In this document: positions 1-10,368 of the stretch, piece by piece
How the letters are laid out: every line of letters starts with the position of its first letter
Numbering within the stretch: position 1 is the stretch's first letter
Origin: Bdellovibrionales bacterium
GTDB taxonomy: Bacteria; Bdellovibrionota; Bdellovibrionia; Bdellovibrionales; JAUICD01
Assembly: GCA_965203275.1 (NCBI GenBank)
Contig: OZ241865.1
Location: 2,400,001-2,464,000, forward strand
Length of the DNA stretch: 64,000 bases
Direction: 5' to 3'
Made by a program: the position numbers and the translations under genes
The notes under the pieces: generated by a model
Databases searched by the model: none
Seen by the model: only the letters and a program-made list of their open reading frames with translations
What the model was told of the DNA's origin: nothing

Positions 1-247
1 GGTGGCCGGATGGGATATTCTGTTAAGCTTGTTTCAGAAAGATATTTAAAAAGCGATTTGCCATTGGGAGGGGCAAATACAAGCGGGACAATTATTAACC
101 CACCTGATTCATTATAATAAAAACAGTCTAAAGCCAGAGAACCATTCAATTGGATTTTTAACAATAATCCTATATGCCTATAAATAAAGCATGCTTGTAT
201 GAAAGCCAAAATGAATTTTAAATTTAGGGCTTACTTTGAATCTGCCT

Positions 248-2698
248 CTATTGTGTAATTTCCAGGATGCCATCTTGACCTTCTATAAATCCAAGCCTTT
301 CATTTATAGAAGTCTCTAAACTTTGTATTGTCGTATGCAAATTTCTGATATCTTCGTTGTTTAAGTCCATAACTTTTGTGGTCCCAATGAGTTCATCATA
401 CCTTGATGCTAACTGAGATGTCAGCTCTTGTGATTCCTTTAAGATGTCTTTCTCTATACCAAATCCATTAATAAACATATCGTGTCGATGTATTTCTGAA
501 ACTATATGAATACGATTTAAAGTCATCTGTAGATATTCTTTAATAATGTTAGAATATACTGCATTTTTCATAGATTCAGTAATCGCTTCAGCGAGGAGAT
601 CTTGATCTTCGCCAATGAGCCTTAGATAGCCATTTTCTAAAAATTGACTATCAGTATATAACCCTCCTCCTTTGTGATAGGCTTCTGTATATCCAAGTGG
701 TTTTATTTGCTTTGTACTTAAAATCAAATCTTCTAAGGTTGTAGCCTCAAGAATGGAAGATGGACTATCAAAATTATTATAATTCCCCCTTAATAACCAC
801 TTAACATCAATAGACAGTACATTCTCATTCTCAACATCAATAGTAGATCTTTCATTCTTTATTATTTTTCTAAGGTCGCTTAATATTTCTCCTACATTTA
901 TAGATGCCCTAAGAGACTTTTCTTTTAATGCGTCGAATTTTATCATGTCATTATCAATAAATTTTGTTAATTCATTTACTAATGTCCTATCTTCATCTTC
1001 AAACATTCTTCTTAGATGATCTGCATCTATTCTCTCTACAGCCTCATTTACCTCTGCATAATAATTCTGTGAATCTAGTTTTTTTATTACTTGATGCAAT
1101 TGCAAAGGACCATAATATAAAGGATCATTATTGTTCTTTATTCTTATATTTTCTATTACTCTTGTTGTTATAGGACGATCACGAGATGAAGAATTTGAAG
1201 TCACATCATTAACATCATAACTATCAATTATAAATTGGTCGTCAATATATTCATTATTTATGATTTTTTTACGCAAAGATTCATCTATTACTTCTGCTAA
1301 CGGCCCATTTTCAAATAAAGATTTAAGATGATTTCTCTGTTGAATTAGTCCTCTTATCCTTTCTGCAGATTTTGACGGATGTTTTCCGAATCTATTATCT
1401 CTGATTCTTCCAAGGTAGAATTGTAATTGGGACAAGGGGGTATTTTTTACCCTACCTTCCAGCAGGCTTAGTATTCTTTTATCATCTGTTTCAGTTGTTT
1501 CTAATAAAATATTCTGATACTTTTCCAACAATTCATTTTCTAAAAAAAGCTCTTTTATGGCTTCTTGTTGTGTTGTAATGCTTGTCAATGTTGCTCTTCC
1601 TTCGTTCCATTGATTATCACGAATCATAGCCAAATAAAAATCAGCTTTGACTTGATCCAATTGATGATTCATAGCTATCAGAGAGTTATCAGATACCCAG
1701 AAGCCCTCATCAAATGAACCACGTCCCCTCTCAATTTGTATCCTAGGATTATCTAAGGCTGGTATGTCATTTTCAGGAATCATTTCAAGAGACTCCCCTG
1801 CATTTAGCTGAGAAGAAGCAGATTGCACCCGTGGAAATTCTTCAAAATGTTTAGAAGATTTATGCATAAAAACAAGACCGCGACGAGCTACAAGTATTGG
1901 CCCTATCATTCCCAAAGTGGCAACTTCTATCGCAACCTCTGCCCCCATTTCTCCACTAAACTGAGTTAAAGAAGCCCACTTTTGTCTATAATTAAGACAA
2001 GGAAAGCGATCAATAGCTCCCACCATAGCCTCTTTAATAGAGTGACCTATCAAATAACCAAAATCTCCTACTGTTTCACCTGTGGCAGTTATTGCTACAA
2101 CAAGATCAGGGTAATACACTGCTTGATTTGATCGACGCTCTAACCATTTTTTATAATTTTCTTTGTTTGTACTAGCAAAAGGTTGTATAGCTTCCTGGAT
2201 TTGAGTTTTCTTCGTTTGCATGTCTGTTCCAAAAAGCCAATTCCACAAACCACTAATCATATTAACAGTATTTGTCCAAAGATCAGATGCACCTTCTTTA
2301 ACTCCTAATGCACCTTCTCTAAATCTATTTTCATCTTCTGCAATTTGATCACAAACGATCCGATCTTCTAATGGCACTTCCTGGCAAGTGGGACTATTTA
2401 CAATCCCTTCACACATCCTCACAACATCTGCTATTGAAAGTGGAGCATAAAATCCTGTCAGATCAGGATCCACTACACGTTGATAATGAGCAACAATATT
2501 ACGGCCAAGAGTAGACAGTCCTTCAGACATATCCATCCTTAAAAATAAGCGATTGATTTCATTTTGAGATGGTATGTATGATACTGCATTGGGGTCTATA
2601 GGATCCATCACAGAATGCAAATCTACATGGCCAGAAGAATGATCTTGATTTTGTTTGAAGTCACCTGAAAAATAAACCCCACTGATGACCAATAACAA
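248..2698 (-). CDS. Large hypothetical exported/membrane-anchored protein; probable true start at 2775 is out of frame across a C12 tract
   Basis: 816-aa ORF with no recognisable family. GAGG-preceded ATG at 2775 and G12 run at 2739-2750 on the + strand. Confidence 0.7.
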   Translation of the reverse strand: MLLVISGVYFSGDFKQNQDHSSGHVDLHSVMDPIDPNAVSYIPSQNEINRLFLRMDMSEGLSTLGRNIVAHYQRVVDPDLTGFYAPLSIADVVRMCEGIVNSPTCQEVPLEDRIVCDQIAEDENRFREGALGVKEGASDLWTNTVNMISGLWNWLFGTDMQTKKTQIQEAIQPFASTNKENYKKWLERRSNQAVYYPDLVVAITATGETVGDFGYLIGHSIKEAMVGAIDRFPCLNYRQKWASLTQFSGEMGAEVAIEVATLGMIGPILVARRGLVFMHKSSKHFEEFPRVQSASSQLNAGESLEMIPENDIPALDNPRIQIERGRGSFDEGFWVSDNSLIAMNHQLDQVKADFYLAMIRDNQWNEGRATLTSITTQQEAIKELFLENELLEKYQNILLETTETDDKRILSLLEGRVKNTPLSQLQFYLGRIRDNRFGKHPSKSAERIRGLIQQRNHLKSLFENGPLAEVIDESLRKKIINNEYIDDQFIIDSYDVNDVTSNSSSRDRPITTRVIENIRIKNNNDPLYYGPLQLHQVIKKLDSQNYYAEVNEAVERIDADHLRRMFEDEDRTLVNELTKFIDNDMIKFDALKEKSLRASINVGEILSDLRKIIKNERSTIDVENENVLSIDVKWLLRGNYNNFDSPSSILEATTLEDLILSTKQIKPLGYTEAYHKGGGLYTDSQFLENGYLRLIGEDQDLLAEAITESMKNAVYSNIIKEYLQMTLNRIHIVSEIHRHDMFINGFGIEKDILKESQELTSQLASRYDELIGTTKVMDLNNEDIRNLHTTIQSLETSINERLGFIEGQDGILEITQ

Positions 2699-2961
2699 TA
2701 AAGATAGGATAAAAGTATTGACTATGACGCGACGTGTTGGGGGGGGGGGGTGAACAGATTAAATTTAAATTTCATAATAAATGCCTCTTGTACCTAGTTG
2801 TATTAGATTTGAAATGAGTATCTAAAAACTTTTTAATATTCAATAGCTTTCAAATAACTTATCGATCATCAATTATAAAAACTTTAATCATTTATTTGAA
2901 TTGAATAGCTACAAAATAATTTTGAGTTAATTCAGTTAGTTACAAGTATACAAAGAGTTTT

Positions 2962-3228
2962 ATGCCACTAGACTTTTGTTTTGCGACAGAGTTTGATTGA
3001 TTTGCTGGCTTATTTCTTCCTCAGTTTTTTAGCCCATTTTTTATGATGGTGAAGCAAGTTTCCTTATCATCAACGCCGATAATTAACCAGCCACCTTGTA
3101 GAGATTCATGGTTAGCAATGGCTGAAATATCTTTGCCATATTTTTGGTTCCATGTAGATTTTAATTCAAGATAAGGATAGTCGATCTCATGTAAACGACT
3201 TGCTTGCTACTAAAACTTTAATGTCCAT
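2962..3228 (-). pseudogene. Frameshifted fragment of an AlbA_2/Schlafen-like DNA-binding domain gene
   Basis: Manual translation gives YLELKSTWNQKYGKDISAIANHESLQGGWLIIGVDDK, matching the E.K...K.ISA.AN..GG.LIIGV.D motif. The ATG at 3228 overlaps the surA stop but is out of frame with the motif, and an early stop follows. Confidence 0.6.
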
Positions 3229-4187
3229 CAAAGGTCAACTTTAACGAATGCTTCATGACGTCTTTGGTCTAACCAAACCCTCAAACGATTTTGAAAAGCT
3301 TCTTGATATAAAACTCTATGAATATGGGCTTTCCTTCTAGTCAAATCAGGGTCTTCAATGAGTTTCTTATCTACTAATTGTAAAATATGAAACCCCCTTG
3401 CTCCCCGAATAACTTTAGAGAATTGTCTAGGTTGAAGTTTTTGTATGGCTGTATCAAAATCTTTTTGCATTTCATTCGATTTAAACTTACCTAAAGCCCC
3501 TGCAACGACAGAAGAAGATTTTTGATCATTGTATCGTGTTATGAGTTCCTCAAAGCTTGTACCAGATTCTAAAAGAGCATAAGCATCTTGAGCTTGTTTC
3601 TGTGTTGCTTGCACATCTTGCAATCTTGACGAAGTCCAACGAAACAAAATGTGTGCTACTGTATATTCAAATTTTGGTACTCTGGCTTGCCCACTTTGTT
3701 CTCGCACATAATAATAATTGGCAATGTCATCATCAGATATAGAGATATAAGGTGTGATGATTCTTTCTATTAAGGCTTGTCTTTCTAATTTTGTTCTAAT
3801 AAATCTGCGATATTCTGGTAAGGAGATATTTTGTTTTTGTAAAGCCTCAATCAGCTGTCTGCGATTAACTCGGTTCATTTGAGCAATGTTATTGATTTCT
3901 TGTTCAATGCGTTCTTCTGACACAGTCAAACTCTGCCTTTTAACTTCTATATCCACAAGCTTTTCGTTGATGAGATGGGTCACCAATTTTTGAGAGTCTG
4001 ATAACAATTCAGGAATGTTTGTCACCAACGTATCATCTAAAAATTGATTATTTCTCAGCTTTTGTTTATAATCATCAATATCCATCTGTGTGATGGTTTG
4101 ATCGTTGACTATGGCCACAATCCGTTCAATTGTTTTACCAAAAACCATTGTAGTATATAATAGAACCACAAGAATTATTCTTATCAT
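3228..4187 (-). CDS. surA: SurA-family peptidyl-prolyl isomerase chaperone
   Basis: Signal peptide, IERIVAIVNDQTIT N-terminal motif, parvulin domain (AHIL...GALG...GFHILQL). Confidence 0.85.
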   Translation of the reverse strand: MIRIILVVLLYTTMVFGKTIERIVAIVNDQTITQMDIDDYKQKLRNNQFLDDTLVTNIPELLSDSQKLVTHLINEKLVDIEVKRQSLTVSEERIEQEINNIAQMNRVNRRQLIEALQKQNISLPEYRRFIRTKLERQALIERIITPYISISDDDIANYYYVREQSGQARVPKFEYTVAHILFRWTSSRLQDVQATQKQAQDAYALLESGTSFEELITRYNDQKSSSVVAGALGKFKSNEMQKDFDTAIQKLQPRQFSKVIRGARGFHILQLVDKKLIEDPDLTRRKAHIHRVLYQEAFQNRLRVWLDQRRHEAFVKVDL

Positions 4188-4299
4188 AACTGTATCTCCT
4201 TATTTCCCATTTTATTTGTTTTTATCATTCTGCTTGCTACTCTGCTACTTTTTTTAGAGTATTTTTTATACTAACATAATATTTTCTTAATAGCAACCT

Positions 4300-5420
4300 T
4301 GTTTCTTTCACTAAAAGTGGTCTAGCCTCTGGCTACTTTTGGGCAATGACCGCAATGGCTTTCGCCATTGGCAAAATGGTCATTGCCTCAAAAGCCTGAC
4401 CACTTTTAGTAGGAAGGATCCTTTCCTCTTTTGACACAATGTTAAGGAAACAGAGTTTCATTTTTTTGTTTTTTTTATTCTCTTTTAGATTCTGCGTAAC
4501 TCTCAAAAAAACATGAATATTATGAGTGGGAGGCGGGGGCGGGCTGAAGGAGTTGTTTCACTAAAAGTAAACTAGCCGTCTTTTGCACTAAAAGTAAACT
4601 GACCTCTGGTCACTTTCTGGCGATGACCACGATGGCTTTCGCCATCGGTAAAATGGTCATCGCCTAGAAAGCCTGACCACTTTTAGTAGGAAGGATCCTT
4701 TCCTTTTTTGACACGATGTTAAGGAAAAAGTTTCATTTGTAGGCCTGGTTGCTCTTGAGGTAATAAAAGAAATTTTCCTTAACATGGTGTTAAGGGAGAT
4801 GGATATTCTGCCTACTCAAAATGAGCGGATTTTTGAGGCATTGCTCTTTTTGGACAGCGATAGCTGTCAGAGCAAACATCCGAAGGAAATCTTTTTCCTT
4901 AACATGCTGTTAAGAAATGAGGACATCCTTCTTCCTAAAATTGAACAAGCTTTTGAGGGAGTTAGCCTTTGATCGACGACGACAGTCGTCGGGCTAACTG
5001 CCCAAAAGTAGCCAGAGGCTAGTTCAATTTTAGGGAAACAGAGGTGTGGCTCATTTTGAGTGAAATGTTAAGGAAAAAGTTCCTTTATTGCATTGAGCTT
5101 GCTCTCCAAAAACATTTTAGAGGCATATCTTGTTTCCCTAACATGGTGTAGAGGAATAAAAGGATCCTTCTCTACTCAAAATAAATAGATTTTCTAGGCA
5201 GTTAGCCTTTGATCGACGGCGGTAGCCGTCGGGCTAACTGCCAGAAAACATGCCAGAGGCATGATTTATTTTGAGTGAAACAAAGAGCAAGCTCAATTGA
5301 GGACTTCGGAAGGCTCACACTGCCCTATCCTCAAGTAAAAACAAAATGAAAAAGCAGAATCAAGGGTGGGGGGTGGGGTTAGGGATCATCCTTCTGATGT
5401 CAGGATGCCGGATCCCAGAT
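4300..5420. repeat. Cluster 1 of structured ~150-nt repeat family (about 5 units plus accessory modules)
   Basis: Units at ~4303-4452, 4583-4730, 4773-4876 (partial), 4893-5039 and 5133-5281, in both orientations, with nested inverted repeats. Confidence 0.9.
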
Positions 5421-5626
5421 TATGCTCTTCTTCATTTAACAAACTGTGTTTTAAGCATTGACTTTGATGGTTTTAAACATAGAAAATAAAATGAGCTGTA
5501 CTAAACAAAAATATAATAATATTAAAGGGTTTACTTTAAACAATAAAATATTTCATCTTCAATAGGACTTTAATTTTTCAAATGATGGCCTTCAACATCA
5601 AATTTATAGGGAATATTTAAATTAAA

Positions 5627-6406
5627 ATGTCTATTATAATATTTACAATCCTTTTAGGGTCACTTGTGGGGATACTTTCTACTCTTTTGGGATTAGGAGG
5701 TGGGATTCTTTTTGTAACTTTTATACCTCTTTTATATGAAGGTATTGATCATAAAACAGCTATTGGTACAGCTCTTGCCAGTGTATTCTTTATTGTCTCA
5801 CTAAACACATTAAGATTTCATAAAAGAAAACTTGTCAGCTGGAATACTGTCTTTAAACTTACACCTGCTGCTTTAATCACAGCCTTTTTCGCTGGTAAGT
5901 TAGCACATGACATTCCAAATGAAATATTAATTTTATTCTTAGCTGGACTTCTAGGTTTTTTGTCCTTCTCATCTTTTATTAAAAAACCTAAGAGAACAAA
6001 ACCTGCTTCTTTTTTTAAAATTAACTTTTTAGGTATGTATGCAGGAGGCATTTCAGGTTTTACAGGCATTGGTTCTGGTGCTATAACAAGTACTTGCTTT
6101 TTGAATTGGAATCTTTTACCTAATTCAAAAGTATCCCCTACAAGCAATGCTGTTATGGTCATCACAAATTTATCAGGATTGATTGCTTACCTCAACTTAA
6201 AAGAAATATCTTTTGACTGGTCTATACAAATGGGTTACGTCAGATGGGATATTGCTCTTTCGCTTTTTTTGTCTTCATTTTTAACTGCTTTTTTTGGTGT
6301 GCGTTTTCAAAGCCATATTTCAGAAGATCAACGTCGCTTATCCATCGCTTATCTGCTTTTAATTTTATGTATTTATGAATGCTATCAGTTTTATCAATTT
6401 TTATAA
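5627..6406 (+). CDS. Sulfite exporter TauE/SafE family membrane protein
   Basis: GLGGG and GIGSG motifs in two halves, AIGTAL, ~8 hydrophobic segments. Confidence 0.85.
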   Translation: MSIIIFTILLGSLVGILSTLLGLGGGILFVTFIPLLYEGIDHKTAIGTALASVFFIVSLNTLRFHKRKLVSWNTVFKLTPAALITAFFAGKLAHDIPNEILILFLAGLLGFLSFSSFIKKPKRTKPASFFKINFLGMYAGGISGFTGIGSGAITSTCFLNWNLLPNSKVSPTSNAVMVITNLSGLIAYLNLKEISFDWSIQMGYVRWDIALSLFLSSFLTAFFGVRFQSHISEDQRRLSIAYLLLILCIYECYQFYQFL

Positions 6407-6668
6407 CAACACTATAACAACAAAAAAGCAACAAAGAAGAAGAACAGAGAAACAAACTTGGTAGTAACTAAAAGACCTAAGGCATAATGCATTTGTGAAA
6501 GCCCTGATACAAGCTAAAACAAAGTAACATTGACTTTGATAATATATATGAATAGAGTAATTATAGTTTTTTAATTTTATTAAGAATCTACAAAAGGACT
6601 TAATGTTGAAAACATTAATATTAACAACATCTATTCTATTACTCATTAGCTTTTAATTTTATATATTT

Positions 6669-8057
6669 ATGAGTACGACTCATTTTATTCATTTTTATAA
6701 TAGTAAAGCCTGTCGATACAATAACTTAACAGGCTTTTCAATAGATCAAATTAAAGGCTATCTTAAAGGATCTTTAATTATATCTTTTTGTATATATATT
6801 CTTTTTTATTCTTTGCTGTCTTTTGCTCTACCTTCTCGCAAGTCAAATTATAAGATAGACAGTCCATTTTTAAACGACAAGACTTGGAGCCAAATTCATT
6901 GGAAACAATCAAATAACAAATCTTCTCAAGCATGGCTTCCTAGTCGTATGTTATTTGATGAGTGGTACTTTGCTAGATATGCTATAGCATCTCAAATGAC
7001 CATTGCTTTTTATACTGATAGCTCTCCAGCTTTAAATCATATTATTAATAAGAACCAAAAACTTAAGATCAATAAAGTCACCCCAACATATATTCAAGTT
7101 CAATTTCAAGGACAAAAACTTTGGGTCTTACGCCATCAGCTCACAATAGATACTGAAGATATTGGGTATCTCGTCTCAAAACACAAAACCCCTTTAAGAG
7201 AAGTCCCATTGCATAAGTCAAAGGTTATAGGATATTTAAAGCCAGGTCTGAGATTGACACCTGCAAATTTTCAAAAGGATTTTGCTCTGATCCACTGGAA
7301 AAATAAACCTTATTTTGTCCCTTTAAGCTATATGCTGTCCCGATTAGATTTTATAAAAAGAGCCAAGATAGATCAACAATGGGTTGATGTATTGTTTGTC
7401 ATAGGACATTTTATTAAAACAATCAATAATCAATTTGTACCCGTAAGTCAAATAAAAGGGATGCAGGGCAGGGAACTTTTAGCTTACACAATGGCTTTAA
7501 AAACCTCTATCCATAGTAGTCCTGATGTGAAAGGACAAATTATTCAAACACTTTCCCCATTTACACCTCTTCTTCTGATAGCTAAAGATCATCTTCAACT
7601 TCATACAAAACCTCAAACTGTGATGACAACTCATCAGCTTTTTGATCGTAAACTATTTGACGTAGCATCTACAAAGGGCTTAATGTTAGCTTCTGCAAAA
7701 GGTATTTTTAAATCATACAATGGTAATTTATGGCAGAGATTAGCTTTTTTTGAGGATAAAGACTTTCCTTTAGCTATTTCACCTGAAGGTAAAATTTATA
7801 TAGGTCCCTATAGAAGTACAGACCTAGGTAAAACATTTCAACAGTACATTCGATGGGATTTTGTTTTTGATGTACTCAAATCCAATGGCATACATGCTGT
7901 CTCTGAATTGAGAATCAAAGATATTGAGTTTTTAAACCACAATGCGAAAAAACTTAGACTTACATTAAATATAGGTCGAGATGGGTCTCAAAAGATGAAA
8001 TTAGCAAAGATTATTAGCTACGACGAAGGAATGACTTGGCAGTCAGAAATCAATTGA
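6669..8057 (+). CDS. Exported protein with SH3-like segments and C-terminal BNR/Asp-box repeats
   Basis: LREVP..KSKVIGYL SH3b-like segment; Asp-boxes STDLGKTF and SYDEGMTW. Start position uncertain. Confidence 0.55.
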   Translation: MSTTHFIHFYNSKACRYNNLTGFSIDQIKGYLKGSLIISFCIYILFYSLLSFALPSRKSNYKIDSPFLNDKTWSQIHWKQSNNKSSQAWLPSRMLFDEWYFARYAIASQMTIAFYTDSSPALNHIINKNQKLKINKVTPTYIQVQFQGQKLWVLRHQLTIDTEDIGYLVSKHKTPLREVPLHKSKVIGYLKPGLRLTPANFQKDFALIHWKNKPYFVPLSYMLSRLDFIKRAKIDQQWVDVLFVIGHFIKTINNQFVPVSQIKGMQGRELLAYTMALKTSIHSSPDVKGQIIQTLSPFTPLLLIAKDHLQLHTKPQTVMTTHQLFDRKLFDVASTKGLMLASAKGIFKSYNGNLWQRLAFFEDKDFPLAISPEGKIYIGPYRSTDLGKTFQQYIRWDFVFDVLKSNGIHAVSELRIKDIEFLNHNAKKLRLTLNIGRDGSQKMKLAKIISYDEGMTWQSEIN

Positions 8058-8602
8058 GCTAAAATATATTTTTTGATTTCTGCAACTTCAGCCATACGAC
8101 CAAGTCCTTCTTCTCCACAGGCAAGAGGTCCTTGCTTTCCTAGTATAATCTCTACCCCCCAGTTTTTTAAACTTTGAAGTGCTGTTTGTGTCGCTGGATA
8201 ATTTAACATCTCTTGATTCATTGCAGGAGCAATTAAACAAGGGGTTTTAAAATTATTTGCAATAAAACAACTACTTAAAAGATCATCTGTTATCCCTGCA
8301 AAAACTTTATTAATAAAACAAACAGTTGCAGGGCAAATAACAAATAAGTCAGATTGTCTTACCAAATGAATATGATCCATTTGATGTCCTTTTTGATACA
8401 TTTGTGTCAAAATAGGCCGAGAAGTTAAGCCTTCTAATGTACTACTCCCTACAAATTTTAAAGCTTTTCGAGTGGTCACAATTTGAATCTCATGTCCTGA
8501 CTGCACAAGGTCAGAAATTAACATGCAAGCTTTGTAACAGGCAATAGAACCTGAAAGTCCAAAAAGTATTTTTGCTTTTTTCTGCTTTTTTTGAGAAGAC
8601 AT
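8018..8602 (-). CDS. coaC: Phosphopantothenoylcysteine decarboxylase (stand-alone CoaC flavoprotein)
   Basis: GLSGSIACYK, HIHL, PAMNQEM, GPLACGEEGLGRMAE motifs. No CoaB domain. ATG 8602 is preceded by GGAGG. Confidence 0.85.
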   Translation of the reverse strand: MSSQKKQKKAKILFGLSGSIACYKACMLISDLVQSGHEIQIVTTRKALKFVGSSTLEGLTSRPILTQMYQKGHQMDHIHLVRQSDLFVICPATVCFINKVFAGITDDLLSSCFIANNFKTPCLIAPAMNQEMLNYPATQTALQSLKNWGVEIILGKQGPLACGEEGLGRMAEVAEIKKYILAQLISDCQVIPSS

Positions 8603-8671
8603 ACTTGATACCTCCAATCTTTTAAAAAAACTTTACAAAAATTTCATTGTCATCTAAAACCACTATATTGC

Positions 8672-9292
8672 TTATGAACAATCAGAACAATACGATATTA
8701 AGTCTGCAATACAACCTATCTTTAAATGATGCTCCGATGCAAAAATCTTTAAATCTTGAGGTCTTGCCATCTCTCCATCCTCTCTGAGGATCTCACAGAT
8801 CACAGCTACAGGGTTTAAGCCTGCCAATCGAACTAAGTCAATGCTACCTTCTGTGTGACCTGCACGTTCTAAAACTCCACCATCTCTTGCTATAATAGGG
8901 AATACATGACCTGGTATTATAATATCTTTTGGTTGAGAATGCACATCAGCAACAACTTTCATGGTATGCACCCTATCCGGCACAGAAGCTCCTGAGGTAA
9001 TACCACTAGATGCATCTACACTCATTGTAAAATAAGTCTGTTGTGGAAGTCTCTTTTTTTTTTCACTCAAAGGATGCTTCATTAACGGCAATTCTAATCT
9101 ATCTGCTTGTTTTTGAGTTATAGTTAGACAAAGTAAGCCTCTTGCATGATGTAACATGAAATTCACAATTGAAACTGTTGCGTGACAAGCTGCGACAACC
9201 AAATCACCTTCATTTTCTCGGTCTTGGTCATCCATAAGAACTACCATACGACCTTCTTGGATATCTTGAATCAGATGTTTAGGATGATCCAT
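8672..9292 (-). CDS. ribB: 3,4-dihydroxy-2-butanone-4-phosphate synthase
   Basis: DDQDRENEGDL, PGHVFP, RAGHTEGS, ICEI motifs. Confidence 0.95.
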   Translation of the reverse strand: MDHPKHLIQDIQEGRMVVLMDDQDRENEGDLVVAACHATVSIVNFMLHHARGLLCLTITQKQADRLELPLMKHPLSEKKKRLPQQTYFTMSVDASSGITSGASVPDRVHTMKVVADVHSQPKDIIIPGHVFPIIARDGGVLERAGHTEGSIDLVRLAGLNPVAVICEILREDGEMARPQDLKIFASEHHLKIGCIADLISYCSDCS

Positions 9293-9514
9293 TGAGTTTC
9301 TCTTAATAAGTTAGACTGCATAATAAATTTATAACTTAAGAGATTGGTTTTTTAAATAACATTGTTGCATGAAAAATAAAATCTTTGTTTATTTTTATAG
9401 GCCTTTTTTAAGAAACTAGTAGCTCTATTCTAAAAGGGGATCAATCAAAGGTTGACTGCTGTATACTTTACTTTTACTGTTTGTTAGACATCATTTATAA
9501 TGTCTTTTAAAATG

Positions 9515-10009
9515 TTATGCATTAAAGATTTTTTTCATCTTACCCTCAATGTCAGCCTCTTTACTTTTAGTGGCAATAGCTAGCTCTTTTATAAGAAGCC
9601 CTCTGGCTTTATTTAACATCTTTTTTTCACCAAAGCTTAATTGCTTATCAACCTTTAATAAAAAAAGATCCCTTAGGACTCTTGCTACCTCATAAATATT
9701 ACCTGTTTTGATTTTCTCCATATATTCTCTATAACGACGATTCCATGTTTGATTGTCAATTTTATCAAGCTTATGTCGTTTTAAAAGACTCAATACTTGA
9801 ACGGCTTCACCCTGATTGATCAAAGATCTGACTCCTACATTATGGGCGTTACTCTGAGGGACCATTATTTTCATTCCACCTTCTAAAATTTGTAGACAAT
9901 AAAATGTCTGAGGTTTACCCATGATTTTTTGAGTGTTGATATTTGTAACTCTAGCTACTCCATGTCCTGGATAAACAACATGCTCTCCTATTTGAAACTG
10001 TGTTTGCAT
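9515..10009 (-). CDS. carD: CarD/CdnL family RNA polymerase-binding regulator
   Basis: FQIGEHVVYPGHGV, WNRRYREYMEKIKTG, LSFGEKKML. Confidence 0.92.
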   Translation of the reverse strand: MQTQFQIGEHVVYPGHGVARVTNINTQKIMGKPQTFYCLQILEGGMKIMVPQSNAHNVGVRSLINQGEAVQVLSLLKRHKLDKIDNQTWNRRYREYMEKIKTGNIYEVARVLRDLFLLKVDKQLSFGEKKMLNKARGLLIKELAIATKSKEADIEGKMKKIFNA

Positions 10010-10368
10010 AATAAAATCTCCTTGTATTTATAACGCCTATTGTCAAAAATAAAATATTTACTTAAGCTAGTCATACCATCTATAAAGCTATGAATCAAAC
10101 TTTTATATTTATTTCACAGCATTTTTATTGAAATAACTGTATTTTAGATAATTTTTATAAGGTGTATAAATAAAGAGCTTATAAATTCTACAAAAATCTT
10201 TATTTCTATGTAAAAAATACTTTATATTTATAGCTAGTTTAAATAAATGGTCAGTCCTTAAAACACATAGCCTCAGAATATTTTTTATTAGAAGGGCAAG
10301 TCATTCGTCCAGAGCCAGTTTAATAAATAACTAAAGGTTGTTTATTTTAAGTGAAATAAAGGCATAGC

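Noticed and set aside
1..215. Possible minus-strand ORF running off the window start
   Set aside because: An open frame exists, but it has no clear start or recognisable motif, so it cannot be supported.
4784..4972. Short ORFs inside repeat clusters (also 24991-25197, 26981-27175, 61823-62023, 62357-62632)
   Set aside because: They are chance frames through repeat units or antisense to the pilin fragment, and are not conserved between copies.
4300..5420. Structured repeats as integron attC sites
   Set aside because: The ends (ccYtaac/gttaRgg) only loosely resemble RYYYAAC/GTTRRRY, units are not interleaved one per gene cassette, the fold is branched, and no integrase is present.
9293..9514. 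FMN riboswitch before ribB, and TPP riboswitch before the thiamine-type ABC operon (16492-16549)
   Set aside because: No consensus riboswitch motifs are visible, and the second gap is only ~58 bp.
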